DNA of 64,000 nt from Podarcis muralis (lineage: Eukaryota), in contig NC_135660.1 in assembly GCF_964188315.1 (NCBI RefSeq), positions 35,960,001 to 36,024,000 on the forward strand, in the 5' to 3' direction. Of the stretch, positions 23,168-35,887 are shown one piece after another. Below the pieces are notes generated by a model. The model was not told the DNA's origin, ran no database searches, and saw only the letters and a program-made list of their open reading frames with translations. The position numbers were made by a program, and so were the translations under genes. Numbering within the stretch: position 1 is the stretch's first letter; each line of letters begins with the position of its first letter.

Positions 23168-23660
23168 CTTTTTATAGCCAGCCAGGACATCCAAGTTTAG
23201 CTTATTAACACATGCCCACAAGCACGTTGTTTATTGAACCACAGTGGATCAGTTGTGACAGTTTCTCTTGCTTACATGAAGATAAATGAATTATTTTCAC
23301 ACAAACTACACTAACCTGTTAAATTACTACGGTAATTTTCTATTTGTGTCTGTTTAGAGTCATATTGGATTGCTATGTGGGCGGTACAGCAGCTTGCTGC
23401 TTCAATCTTTATGTATTTAAAGTATTAATGTTGCCCCCCATGTTAAATACATCTCTTTTCATTTACATCAGTTATGGCAAGTTGCTGCTCAGCTCCCAAT
23501 ACCCATCTGTAGCAATATACATGAGTCACATCAGGTACAAAGAGAACATGTATGAAGAAATTGCCACCCCTCTTTACATATACATATCTATACCTGCGCA
23601 TACACTAAATATGTGAAAGGAACACATCTGTTTTAAAGTAAAAAAACTAGCTATTTATAG
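23168..23660 (-). promoter_or_regulatory. SMCO1: SMCO1 promoter: TATA box, E-boxes and MEF2 site
   Basis: Minus-strand GGCTATAAAAAG (TATA at 23176-23168); CATCTG at 23504-23509 and 23625-23630; perfect MEF2 consensus CTATTTATAG at 23651-23660. Confidence 0.6.
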
Positions 23661-25259
23661 ATGCATTGATCTCATTTGTCCTCTGGTCCTGATACAAGAG
23701 TACAAATGACTTCTGTATTCTGTTATTAGAACCAGAAGACAAAATATGTTCCAAGAAACAGCTACTTAACCTATAAGACATTCATTCGTATAGCAAGCAG
23801 AGCAGGGAAAAATATGTAGTGGTTGCAAAACTGCAGCAATTTGCTCAGAATATATGGCAGTTTATATCAAATAGTAAATATTTTGGGCACAGGAAATGTT
23901 ATATAATTCAATGCCTTAGTTCATCCAATCCCTCAAACCATTGCTTAGAGGTTTAGAAATGAACTGCAGGCTTGTGTACCGCCTCTTCCCCTCAAGCACA
24001 CAGCTTCATTTTCAGTTTGTCGTTCCATGTTTGCTAAATAATCCAGATCAACAAACTATGCTCGTGCAGTCCATACTTGAAATGCATGGTTTACCCTCTA
24101 AACCAGAGAAGAAGTTGGCAACTTCTGTTTCAGTGTATCTGAAGAAGTGTGCATGCACACGAAAGCTCATACCAAGAACTAACTTAGTTGGTCTTTAAGG
24201 TGCTACTGGAAGGAATTTTTTTGTTTTGACTATGGCAGACCAACACGGCTACCTATCTGTAACTGCCTCTAAACCAGAGTTTGCTGATTTGAATAGCATG
24301 GTCAATGCCTGCCTGTCATTTTAAGATACCAGTACAATTGCATACCCATAAGTTTGGTACTGTGGCAAAAGCAAAAGTTAACGCTTTTGTTTATTGTTCT
24401 AATCATCCAAAACTTCCTACTTTACAGAAAATGACCAGAAACAATATTAGGCTCTTATAAAAGGTTTAAGTCACCATTTGTATACACAGCTTAGATCTCA
24501 CAAAAGCCTTATCTCACAAAAGCTTTATTCTCCATAAATATGAAAAGATCAAGAAGAAACCCAGGATTTTAGAGTATGCTGCTACTATCCCTTGTACCAT
24601 ACAGTTGTCAGTATCAATCACATCTTCTGCTCTTACAAACAAAAGGATGAGAATGAGCCAAGAATCACTATGCTATGAAAGAAATACTTCCCTGATAAAA
24701 GGAAAGTTGCTTTTATTGGCAGAAAAGTTAGCATATTGGTTTTTTCTTTTAAAACTTACATTTTCAGTTTGTGTAGTAAAAGTAAATTGTAAGCTGTGAT
24801 TTAATAACAGCAAAAGAATATTAATGTAAATAAACTAGGCAGAAGTATCTAAACCTGGGCATATTGATAACATTTTATGATAACAACAGAATGTAACAAT
24901 AGGTTGAAAAAATTAATTAGGAACTCATGTTTGATTTCTTCATAGAAGAAACCTAGATTGTGCTGCATAATTTAAGACAAGGATTCCTTGGAATCAGCTT
25001 TTTGCTTTTGAACCACAATAGAGGAAAATACAACTTCTAGGATCCACCACAGAGAAATTCAGGCATACTCATGGATAAATTATACATTAAAGCTCAAATC
25101 CAAATACTGGGTAGATGTAGTTCAGCTGGCTTAAGTGTGCATGAAGGGATCTTTTGAAAGTCTTCTGATGGCATTGGAATTTACAATAGCATGTACCAAT
25201 ATGCAATTTTTTCCTTCTGTCAAAAAGTTATTCACACATACACACATTCACAACTGAAT

Positions 25260-25265
25260 TTTATT
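25260..25265 (-). terminator. WDR53: Candidate WDR53 poly(A) signal AATAAA
   Basis: TTTATT on plus strand about 190 nt past the stop codon. Confidence 0.4.
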
Positions 25266-25451
25266 TCAAACTCATCAGCAAGTTAATACCTGGTTTATCA
25301 TAAGATATCCCATTACTGATACAATGAATTAAACTTTATCCACTGCTAAAATAAATATTTTTAGCAATATACAGAAAAGCTGCAGTTGGTTTAAAAGACA
25401 TTAGGGGTAATAAAGGTGGTGTATCAGACAAACGGTTAGGCCAAGGCACGT

Positions 25452-26027
25452 CTAAGCTTCAGCAATAGGATAGACTGATATACTGGTACTCTGATCAGCA
25501 ACCAGTATTCTTCTAGAGCCTTTAATCTCTGCACATGAAATCCAGTTCACCTTCTCTCCATGTTCAATCGTTAGTTTTGGTAAAATTGGCACATGCTCAT
25601 TTGAACACTCTGCATTTATTTTGTCAAGTTTCTTGGTGGTGTTGGGCATCCTAGTTCTCCTCCTGTGGATGGATTTGACTGGACTCTTCTGTTTTCCTAG
25701 TTCATTGCTGACATCCCACAACGACACTCTGCCATCATTTCCTCCTGTAATGAACCGGTAGGCTTCTGGTAGAAAGAAAATCTGTGACACTGCTAAGGAG
25801 TGGCCCTTAAATGCTGCCTCCTGCTCAAACTTGGTACCTGTTACCCTAAAGATTCTGATTTTACCATCTTCAGCTCCACAGCCAAAAACATTGCCACAAG
25901 CAGAAACAGACAAGGAATGGGCCAATGGAGGGTTAAAAAGCTGACCAGCCGAATGTTCATTGACTTCCTCCTCTTGCAAGTCCACAATCCACAGAGGGCG
26001 AGCTTTCTGCAAGTTCCACATCATAAC
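25452..26027 (-). CDS. WDR53: WDR53 last coding exon
   Basis: TTTGAAG|GTT ATG ATG TGG AAC: VMMWNLQKARPLW...NPPLAHSLSV...GAEDGKIRIF...TGGNDG...IEHGEKVNW...ISVYPIAEA*. 576 nt. Confidence 0.94.
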   Translation of the reverse strand, partial: VMMWNLQKARPLWIVDLQEEEVNEHSAGQLFNPPLAHSLSVSACGNVFGCGAEDGKIRIFRVTGTKFEQEAAFKGHSLAVSQIFFLPEAYRFITGGNDGRVSLWDVSNELGKQKSPVKSIHRRRTRMPNTTKKLDKINAECSNEHVPILPKLTIEHGEKVNWISCAEIKGSRRILVADQSTSISVYPIAEA

Positions 26028-27632
26028 CTTCAAATAGAACAAATCAGAATTATTTCTTTGTATAGGGCATATACTAGCACACACACTAAATGAGTTCATG
26101 TTCCTATTTGCACACAATTTTAAGTTTCCTTTATGTTGTTCTATTCCCAGAGTCATAAATTGAGGTAGCTGTCACCAAGTGATGCTTCCCTGCATCTATA
26201 AATCGAGTGGAAAAAACAGTTTACTATCATTTATATAGTAGCATGTTTCACTGTTAAGCTTTGAGAAGCTTTAAACAAATTACACAAAAGATTTCTTAAG
26301 AGTACTTTTACTACATTTGTTTATTATATCCATCTACCAAGCTGAAAAAATTACCTTGTGCCAAAGAAACAGAGGTTCTCAAAATGTTGCATTATCTAAG
26401 CTGTGAAAACTTCATCAGCATTCCTGTGACAACACCCAGACCTCTATGTTGTATTAATTACAATGACCAGTAACCAAAAACTGAGCAAAAATTATTTCTT
26501 TCTTAAATCAGAAGCCTCATTATAGAAACTAAGAACTGAAAGATGTATACCATTATTCATTTTAAATAGTTTAATACTGCTTTTATTTTAGAATCGGCTT
26601 GTGCAAAAACCAAACTAGACTGCAATCCTTATCTCACTTATCTGTAAGTCCCTTTGAATTCCACAGAACTTATTTCTGAGTAGACATAGTTAAAATTGCA
26701 TCCTAAATTGCTTGTGTGATGCAGGACTCCCTGGTTCATCAACCATCACATTTCAGGTCATTAATTTAAAGATAGGGAATATGCCACAGGCTCACGTTTC
26801 TTCAACTGCAATTTTCTCACCTTCTTTCTTGTGATAACTATGGTTTAAAACAATATCAGAATCTAACAAAATACAGGTTAGCACTACCAGATGTGCCTCC
26901 AAACACTGTGTGCCAACCTGCTTCAAACCATGTTTTGGAGATGCCCTGCGAGTGCTAATCTTAGTTTGCTGACTCTGAATATAATGAATACCACAAAAAA
27001 GAGGGGAATCTATGCATAATAGGGAAGTAGGGACCATGACAGGCTGCAACATATTCCCAATCTCTAGGTCACTGTTTGGAGATTGGAAACACAATATCCG
27101 ATTTGAGCCTGTATAGCCATAATATTGTTGCATTTTTACTTCCCTACATGCATAATCAATAAGTTTAATCACCACACGAACTTTAAGAATTTCTCACACA
27201 GCAGAAATTTAAGATGATGAACCTGGATATCTCTATAAAGAGAAATGCCAGGGCTCAACATAGCATAAAAACCCAATAATTTGGGATTTGGTCTATACTC
27301 AGTGGCATAAGGGCACTTTGCTCACCCTCAGTTGTATTCTTTATTACTTAATTTGTCCCCTCCCTTAAACTACTTCAGCATTTGATTTAGCCATTCACTG
27401 GAAGCCAACATTTCAAGAATGATTCCTTTTTATCTTGCCTGCTTGTTTTACCTTGGCTGGCACTCATACTGTCTTTCACAAGGGACTATCTTAATTCCTG
27501 ATCAATGCATATATAGGAGGATTACTTCATCTAATGCCACAGGAGGCTCATAGCCAAATTAACATATAGCAGGAGAGGAAAGAAACATGTATCAAAGATC
27601 ATTGCTGGTGTGTGCCCTACAGGAAGCTTTCA

Positions 27633-28271
<639 letters not shown>

Positions 28272-28804
28272 TTATAATCCTGGAACCAAAACAACTTTAA
28301 GTATCAGTCTGATTTTGTTTAAATGAGAGGCCATGTGTTTAGGCATGCAATATACACCTCTGTTCTCCTCAATTAATTGGTTTATAGCAAAGCTTGTCAA
28401 CATGGCACCTGCTAGTGCACATGAAATCACAGATGCCTTCCCTGGCACCACAGGATCCCCTTTTCCTACTGACATAAGGGAATGAAAGGATCATTTTGCA
28501 GTAGTCAACAGAATACACTGTGATATGGGCACCACAACCAAGCATAAGCGGTGCCCACAACAGTTTGTCTAGTTTACTAATGTACCCATGATGAATATGC
28601 CTATATACCTTATGGTCATATAGCACTAACAGAGAACTGCAATCAGAAATCTGAATGGCAAAATAGGATCGAGGAAAAGTAAATCACTGACAGTAAGTTC
28701 CTAGCATGACATTTTGGAAAACAAAGCTCAGTATGTCTGTTCTTTGAAAGAAAGTCTTTGAAAATAAATGGTATTCCTTAGTATGTATTTAACTCCCTGG
28801 AGAT

Positions 28805-29142
28805 GACCCAGTATACCTGAAGGAGTGTCTCCACCCCCATCGTTCAGCCCGGACACTAAGCTCCAGTACCAATGGCCTTCTGGCAGTTCCCTCACTGCGA
28901 GAAGTGAGATTACAGGGAACCAAGCAGAGGGCCTTCTCAGTAGTGGCGCCCACCCTGTGGAACGCCCTCCCATCAGATGTCAAGGAAATAAACAACTGAC
29001 TTTTAGAAGACATCTGAAGGCAGCCCTGTTTAGGGAAGTTTTTAATGTTTGACGTTTTATTCTGTTTAATATTCTGTTGGGAGCCGTCCAGAATGGCTGG
29101 GGAAACCCTGCCAGATGGACGGGGTATAAATAATAAATAATA

Positions 29143-29193
<51 letters not shown>
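28805..29193 (+). mobile_element. L2 LINE 3' fragment with (ATT)n tail
   Basis: GCAGAGGGCCTTCTCAGTAGTGGCGCCCACCCTGTGGAACGCCCTCCC (RAFSVVAPTLWNALP), followed by a long ATT repeat at ~29134-29193. Confidence 0.8.
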
Positions 29194-29195
<2 letters not shown>

Positions 29196-29599
29196 TTCTT
29201 CATACATATGCTTAGGGACGTTCTATACGGATTGACAGACGAGCATTAATCATCACAAGGGTGTCAAGTGGAGGCAGAGAAGTGGTTGGCATTTGATTAG
29301 CCCAGACCAGTACTGACAAGGAAAGACGGGCAAAGCGCGTTCAAACAATACTCCGGACTAGAGAAACATTCGGCGAAGGGTGGGGGAAGGAAAAGAAAAG
29401 CCGTGAAAACAGGGAGATGGGTGAGCATTCTTCATAGCTATGAGGACCAAACCAGTCAGAAACACGCCTACAATCCAGCCCTAATCCCGTGTACACCACT
29501 TCAGTAAGACTTATTGCCAAGTAAATACGCAGTAGGGTGACAGCCTCAAGCCAAGCCACCCTACTGCTGTATTTTAATATCGAGGAGGCCAAAAAATAA

Positions 29600-30700
29600 C
29601 CGAATTGCCTCAGAGGCTTACCCGTCCCGCCGTCTCTCCATGCGACAGTGTCCTCTTCCGGCGAAGAGAAATTACGTCACCCTATTATTATCCCCCCCCC
29701 CCTTTACATTAACAGGTGAGGTCTTCGCGCATGGATTTAGAGAAGCCCCCTTGACAGCTCTGCCCTCACCCAACATGGTCGGCTCACCTTCAGGGCCTAG
29801 CTCTCAACCACCGCCGCCACAATAGTAGTAACAAAAAGCGAATAAAAGCTCCGCAGTCGGAGAGACCCGCGGCAGAAAACCTGGATTCGTCTCACCGCTC
29901 CTCCAACCGCGAACCGAAGAGGCAGTGGAGGGGGGAAAGACAGCACTTTCTCCGACGCCTCCTCAGGCCCAAGCTAAAGCTTTCACTTCCGCCCGCACTT
30001 GCCGGCAGCTGGTGGGAAGGACGTCGAGCGTCGGCTGCGCCGCCTCCCTCCCTGCCCTCGCTGACGGCGTGAGCCGGATTGGCCGGTTGGCTGCTTGGTG
30101 GGCTCGCGGCCTCGCACCGCCTTTGCCTGGGCCGGGGCGGTCGGTTGGCGAGGCGTGCGCGCGGGACGCGAGGAGTCGGTGGGACCGGAGGCTATGGCGG
30201 CGGCTGCCGGCGGCGGAGGCGGCGGCGGAACGCCGAGCTCGGTGGCTGTTGCTGCTGCTGCCGCCGCCGCTACGGCTGCTAATGCGGGGGGCTGGCGGCT
30301 TCCCGGGCGGGTGCTCGAGTTCGTCTTCTCCTACCTGGAGCTGCGGGAGCTGCGGAGCTGCGCGCTGGTGTGCAAGCTGTGGTGCCGCGTCCTGCACGGC
30401 GACGAGAACAGCGAGGTGTGGCGGAGCCTGGCCGCTCGCAGCCTGGCGGAGGAGGCGCTGCGCACCGACATCCTCTGCAACGTGCCCACCTACAAGGGCA
30501 AGGTCAGGATGGCCCCGCACGGGAGGGAGCGACCCTCCTTTTTTGCGCGCGCGAGGGAACCCAGGAGGGAATATATACAGTATATATAATCTGGGTACCT
30601 TTCTCTGCCCCTACATCCCTTGCACGAGATAAGATACTGGAGGTGCCGGGCGTCTCGTCTCCTGTGTTTTGTGAGCCGGACCTCTTTCTTCTTAAACCCA
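29600..30700. promoter_or_regulatory. CpG island, bidirectional WDR53/FBXO45 promoter
   Basis: Minus-strand donors GCG|GTGAG (29895) and CGG|GTAAGC (29621) for WDR53 5'UTR exons; CACTTCCG ETS motif at ~29983; CCAAT-type GATTGG at ~30077; FBXO45 ATG at 30194. Confidence 0.8.
30194..30502 (+). CDS. FBXO45: FBXO45 coding exon 1 (Ala/Gly-rich N-terminus, F-box)
   Basis: [12 protein letters not shown]...[30 protein letters not shown]...[12 protein letters not shown]|GTCAGG. 309 nt. Confidence 0.95.
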
Positions 30701-31423
30701 GATGTGCGGGGAGGAGAGGAAATTGTTCCGTGTTGTGAGAGAGAGGGAAAGAGAGGCACTAACGCACATGCTCAAAAGCACTGGCTGCTGATTACTTTGT
30801 TCCAAGACAGAACTCTGGCACCGATTCTGGGCTGTTTCCTAGCTCCAGTAAAATGCAACCAGCATCTGTTGTCATCCCCCCTCCCCAATTGCAAATGTAT
30901 ATATGCATACCAGTGTTGGCGGAAACACTCATTGAGTACATGTTGTTTAGATGTGGTTCCTCCTTGCAGCCGCTGCCTATGGCCCAGATGCTTTGCATGG
31001 TAGGAACTGCAGAAAGGTATAGTGCTCAATAGGGCACCATCTTGGGAACTGGATTGAGGACCCCCCTGGGGGGGTTGATGCCTTCCTCCAGCATGCCTGG
31101 AATAGCTGGTGTTTAAACGATGCTTTTCTCCTGCTTGCTCTGTTTCCAAAAGACCTTGGCAGGCCTGTTTTTCTATGTTGAGCCAGGTAGCCAGTTCTAG
31201 CCCAGCTGGGCAGGTGGTGACTGAGGTTGTGAAATCACAGCGTGTTCTTACTCTGGGTGGCATTCTTTTACAGATGGGTTAATTATACATCTATTTGGGT
31301 TTATCATACCTTATTAAGAATAGGTGTGTAGAGTTGTTGTTGTTGTTGCTGTCTTAATAGCCTTGCCTAGTTTAGTAATCTTATCTCCAGCATTGCTTTT
31401 TCAAAAAATACCTTCTGTTCCAG

Positions 31424-31780
31424 GTACGCGCCTTTCAGCATGCTTTCAGCACCAATGATTGTTCTAGGAATGTCTACATTAAGAAGAATGGATTTACCTT
31501 GCATCGGAATCCCATTGCACAGAGTACAGATGGAGCAAGGACCAAGATTGGTTTCAGTGAAGGCCGTCATGCTTGGGAAGTCTGGTGGGAAGGCCCTCTT
31601 GGCACAGTGGCAGTAATTGGGATTGCTACAAAACGAGCTCCCATGCAGTGTCAGGGCTACGTGGCACTCCTGGGCAGTGATGACCAGAGCTGGGGCTGGA
31701 ATTTGGTGGACAATAACTTGTTACATAATGGAGAGGTCAATGGCAGCTTCCCCCAGTGCAACAATGCCCCCAAATATCAA
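31424..31780 (+). CDS. FBXO45: FBXO45 coding exon 2 (SPRY domain)
   Basis: TTCCAG|GTA CGC GCC TTT CAG CAT ([37 protein letters not shown]...NNAPKYQ)|GTGAGT. 357 nt. Confidence 0.95.
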
Positions 31781-33277
31781 GTGAGTGAAACCTGGAATGT
31801 ATACAAGACTGTTGGATCTGTGAAGAGCTATGCCAGAGCAGTCCAACCACTTAGACCAAGTGCGCCTCAAGACCACTTTGACACAGAACCCGTGGGCCAC
31901 ACACTGAATTAAATTTCCATTTTGTAAATTAAAGAGTACACAATATAGTTAATATATTTAATGTAAGCAATTAATATATTTAATTGAATATATATAATTA
32001 AATACACAATTGATAGATTGAGTCCCTGTCAGGATAAAAAGGTTGAATAGAAATCAAAATAAAATAATTTTAGACGACTTCTAGTGAAAATGATTTGAGA
32101 CTCTTGTGAAGCCATTAAATAAATGCAGCCCATGGAGGAGAAGACAGCATAAGGTGGGGTGGCAGTGCAGGCAACAGCTGCCTCATTCTCCTCACCTGCC
32201 AGCCAGTCACCACAGCCACCACCATCTATCCTGCTTCCCGCCCCCACACAGCCTCTTCAGGCCGGTTGTTGACTGAGGGGGGAAGGATCTGTAGAGTTGG
32301 AAGGGGACCCCAAAGAGTAATGTAGCCAGACCCCTTGCAGTCCTTGGCAGGCAGTCACCCCCTCCCCATCTGTCAAATAGGGCAGCAGCAAAGCTTCCAT
32401 GGCAAGGGGCAGCCCACCAGTCTCACAGAGTCCTGGGCGGAGAGGCCCCACCACTTCCCTCCTGCTGGCTGGCTGCACACCATGCCTCTGCTGAGCCTGG
32501 GCTGTGTTGCGGCCTCCCTCTGGCCTGGCGGCTCTGTTCTGTCTCTCTCTGCCATCACTATTGTTGTTCCTTTGCTGGCACCAAGCCACATCCCTCTCCA
32601 TGTTGCCATGCCGGTCCACCAATCAAAAGGTGCAACCTCAAACATCTGGAAATTTGGCGCCCAGCTCCCTTTCTCCTTATTGGTGGGTTTTCAAGCATCC
32701 CTCCCCACCACATATACTCTCACGTGCTCATTTGCTGTTGAGGGGAGAAGCAACCAACCAGCTCTTGCTCTTCAGGACAGGAAAGGCAGAAGAGTCGCTA
32801 AAGAGTAGTAACAGGTCTGAGGGCAAGGGCCACCAAAAAAGGTCTCATGGGCCACATGTTGAACCACCCTGAGCTATACATTCCAGAATTTTGTATAGTA
32901 AACTCTGACACATTCTATTTTAGGCACAATTCTGTTTACATTTACTTGGAAATAGGTCCCAATCTGTTCAGTGGGGCTTACTCCCTGGTAAGGCTTCCTC
33001 CCTAACCTCACTAGCTTGGGAATTAGCCTAGTTGAATTCAGCAAGGCATGCATCAAAATGAAGAATATCTGTTTAACCAGTGTAGTTGTTCAAAGCCCCA
33101 TGTCTGAATCTTAGCTTTACCACTGATCAGCAGAAAATGTCTTCAAAGGGCTTTTCTGCATGTTAATTGTTTTAATTAATCCCCCCATGTTATTTTGTCT
33201 CAGCATCTGTTTACCTTCACTTTGTCTTGTCTTTTTCATTATCCCCTTTCTTCAATCAGTCTTATTTTTGTTTACAG

Positions 33278-33463
33278 ATAGGTGAGAGAATTCGTGTCAT
33301 CCTGGACATGGAAGACAAGACTTTGGCTTTTGAGCGAGGCTATGAGTTTCTAGGAGTTGCATTCCGAGGACTGCCAAAGACATGTCTGTATCCAGCAGTG
33401 TCTGCTGTCTATGGAAACACTGAAGTGACGTTAGTTTATCTGGGAAAACCTTTAGATGGATGA
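33278..33463 (+). CDS. FBXO45: FBXO45 coding exon 3; total 283 aa
   Basis: TTTACAG|ATA GGT GAG AGA: [61 protein letters not shown]. Confidence 0.95.
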   Translation: MGERIRVILDMEDKTLAFERGYEFLGVAFRGLPKTCLYPAVSAVYGNTEVTLVYLGKPLDG

Positions 33464-34854
33464 CATTTTGTTTTTAACTGGGACGTGAACATCAAGTTGA
33501 CAATATGGAGAAACTTGCATGTGGGTTAATAGGGAAGCATGAGTGAAGTGTGTGGATGCGTATCCAAGAAACATCAAGGAAAACCAAAATTTGCGATCCA
33601 AAAGGCCAGCTGTACGGAAGAGAGTTTTACCTTTCCTTTTTCTGCCGGACCAGAAAAATTCTCAGGGGGTTGCAGTTGGTTGAATGGGCAGCTAACCACA
33701 TGCATGTTGCATAAGATTTCACCGCAAAGGTGGCAGAATGGAATCGTGTACATACCGTACTTAAGGGACTCCTGTATAGAAGTGGTTGAGGAAAGTTGAC
33801 TGAGACCTGTAAGCAGTGTGTTCTGTGAAAAAGACTTCATTTTTAAAATTATTTGTTTCCTTCCTGCCTTTGATCCAGTGTGTTTTACCAAAGGTAACTG
33901 AAATTGGTTGGATTTTATTTAATGTATTTTTAGTGTAATGAGGAGTACAATGTATTGCACTTCTCCAGAGCAAAACATTGTGCAGTTATGTTAAAACGTG
34001 TTTTAAAGACAGTTTGTACAGAACACTTTAAAAACCAGAACAAAACAAAGGGTTGCTGTTGCTTTCCCTGGGATGTAATTTTGTTAATTGGAAACCTCCC
34101 TCCCCCTACATATCAGGTGTTGGTGTCTGTCCAGTTGAACGGCATACATACAAGTGCACTTCTTTTGTTGTACAACATCTCACGTGACAAAAGAAACTAT
34201 GAATGTTTATTGTAAAATGCTTTAGATTTGATAGCTGAAAATTCTGTGCAGGTGGAAGGATAAAGTCAGTTTCTAATGTGAGTGTTTTTGTTTTACTTAA
34301 AATGTGAGTGTCTGTTGCAAATGACCATATGTCTTTCAATCCACCTTCTAAAGAAAGGCTTAAAATTAATCTTGCAAACTATGAGCCGTCCACCAAATAC
34401 TGCTGCTCTTTACCCATTTTAATCAGAATTGTATTGTGGTTGTGGGGTGGCCATGCTTGGTGGGTTGTTCCCATTATGGTCTGCAGTACCCCAACCCTTC
34501 ATTTTGGTCTATTGCCAAACGTATTGCTCTCTTCCCAGTATAGATATTAGATTGCAAGTATTGCATAGTTAACTAAATATTTTGAAAAATAGGTTTCCAA
34601 AGTACTACCTAAATACATACTATGTTAAAATTGCATAAAAAAATATTTTAACATATTTCAATCTTTAGCATAAATAAATTGAACTTCAAACAGGAATCAA
34701 ATTTCTGACACAATTATGGAGTCTGTCCTTTGGTTATATTAATTGCTGAGAAACGTTTTACAAAGCTAATTTGTTGTGCATAAAGAAAGCACCTTCAGAT
34801 GATGGAGCAACTGCATTTCCCCATTCTTTGGCATCCATATCCTGCACAGCTTGT

Positions 34855-35004
34855 CAGTGGCGTAGCGTGGGTTGTCAGCACCCGGGGCAAGGCAAGTAAT
34901 TTGCACCCCCTAACCCGTGGATTTGCGCCCCCTAACCCTAACCCCCAGATGTTGCACCCGGTGCGGCCGGCCCCCCCCCCTGCACCCCCCACGCTACGCC
35001 ACTG
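34855..35004. mobile_element. 150-bp hAT MITE
   Basis: TIR CAGTGGCGTAGCGTGG / CCACGCTACGCCACTG; perfect 8-bp TSD CAGCTTGT. Sister copy at 58154. Confidence 0.92.
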
Positions 35005-35881
35005 CAGCTTGTATGTCTTAATCGTCTAAGTCCACAGGCTGGTTCTTGGTACTAAAGTGCTATTTTGTTCTGCCTTAGACATCTATTTATTTGGTGTAGA
35101 GTGAGAAAACACTTTCAGTGCAGTCCTGGGCATTTTTTCTTCTTCTCAGAAGCAAGCCCCACTATGTTCAGTGGGATGTACTCCTGGGTAAGTATGTGTA
35201 GGATTGTGGCCTTTGGGAGGAAATGAGGTATTGTTTACATTCTTTACATCATAATCAGAATTATGCTGTCTCGCAGGCATATAGTTCCTTAGATGTGCAA
35301 AAGAGAACAATTCCCTTAGGCATTCTTATTTTTGTTAAAGCCAGGGAAAGCTGCTAAACACTACGTTTTTATTTTTTTTAATAGGCTGAAGAGTACATTC
35401 TTGCTGCGTGCAAGGTTTAAAGTGGCAATCCAGTATCTTTGGTAGTGCCATCGGTCCTCAATACTTAAAAATTGGTCATGCTATGACCTTCCCAGCAACC
35501 TAGCCTTCTTGCTGTAGGCTTAGCCATCATGTTACCTTGACATACTAATGCATCTTGTTTTACTATTGTTTCCAAACCCCTCTGCTCCCTTGTAGAAGTT
35601 GCAGAAGGAAGTTATGGTTGATTATTGGTTTGGGAGTGCTAGTATTCTTTGGGTGGTGGCACAGGACTGTAGTGAATAGCATCACACTAGGCAGAAAGAG
35701 GCTCTTTTATGAGGCTGCTGAAAGTGTGAGGGATAAAATGTGGATTCAAAAAAGAGGGCAGTGACTGTACTGGAGGAGTCTATGTTGCATGTTCTCAGCT
35801 GTTCAGGCTTTCCTAGATCTTCACTTCACTTTCCTTCCATGTTCAGATTCCGCAGAACTGCATTTGAGGTCTGCATGTGTG

Positions 35882-35887
35882 AATAAA
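35882..35887 (+). terminator. FBXO45: Candidate distal FBXO45 poly(A) signal (another at 34673-34678)
   Basis: AATAAA followed by GT/T-rich sequence; not validated. Confidence 0.4.

Noticed and set aside
26792-27175. 127-aa minus-strand ORF in the WDR53 intron
   Set aside because: No recognisable homology, and WDR53 is complete without it.
28980-29207. Poly-Ile ORF
   Set aside because: Translation of the (ATT)n tail of an L2 fragment.
29925-30738. 235-aa, 185-aa and 122-aa ORFs overlapping FBXO45 exon 1
   Set aside because: Alternative frames of very GC-rich coding DNA; low complexity with no domain.
34930-34945. Telomere-like TAACCCTAACCC
   Set aside because: Only two units, inside a hAT MITE and derived from its internal repeat; not an interstitial telomere.
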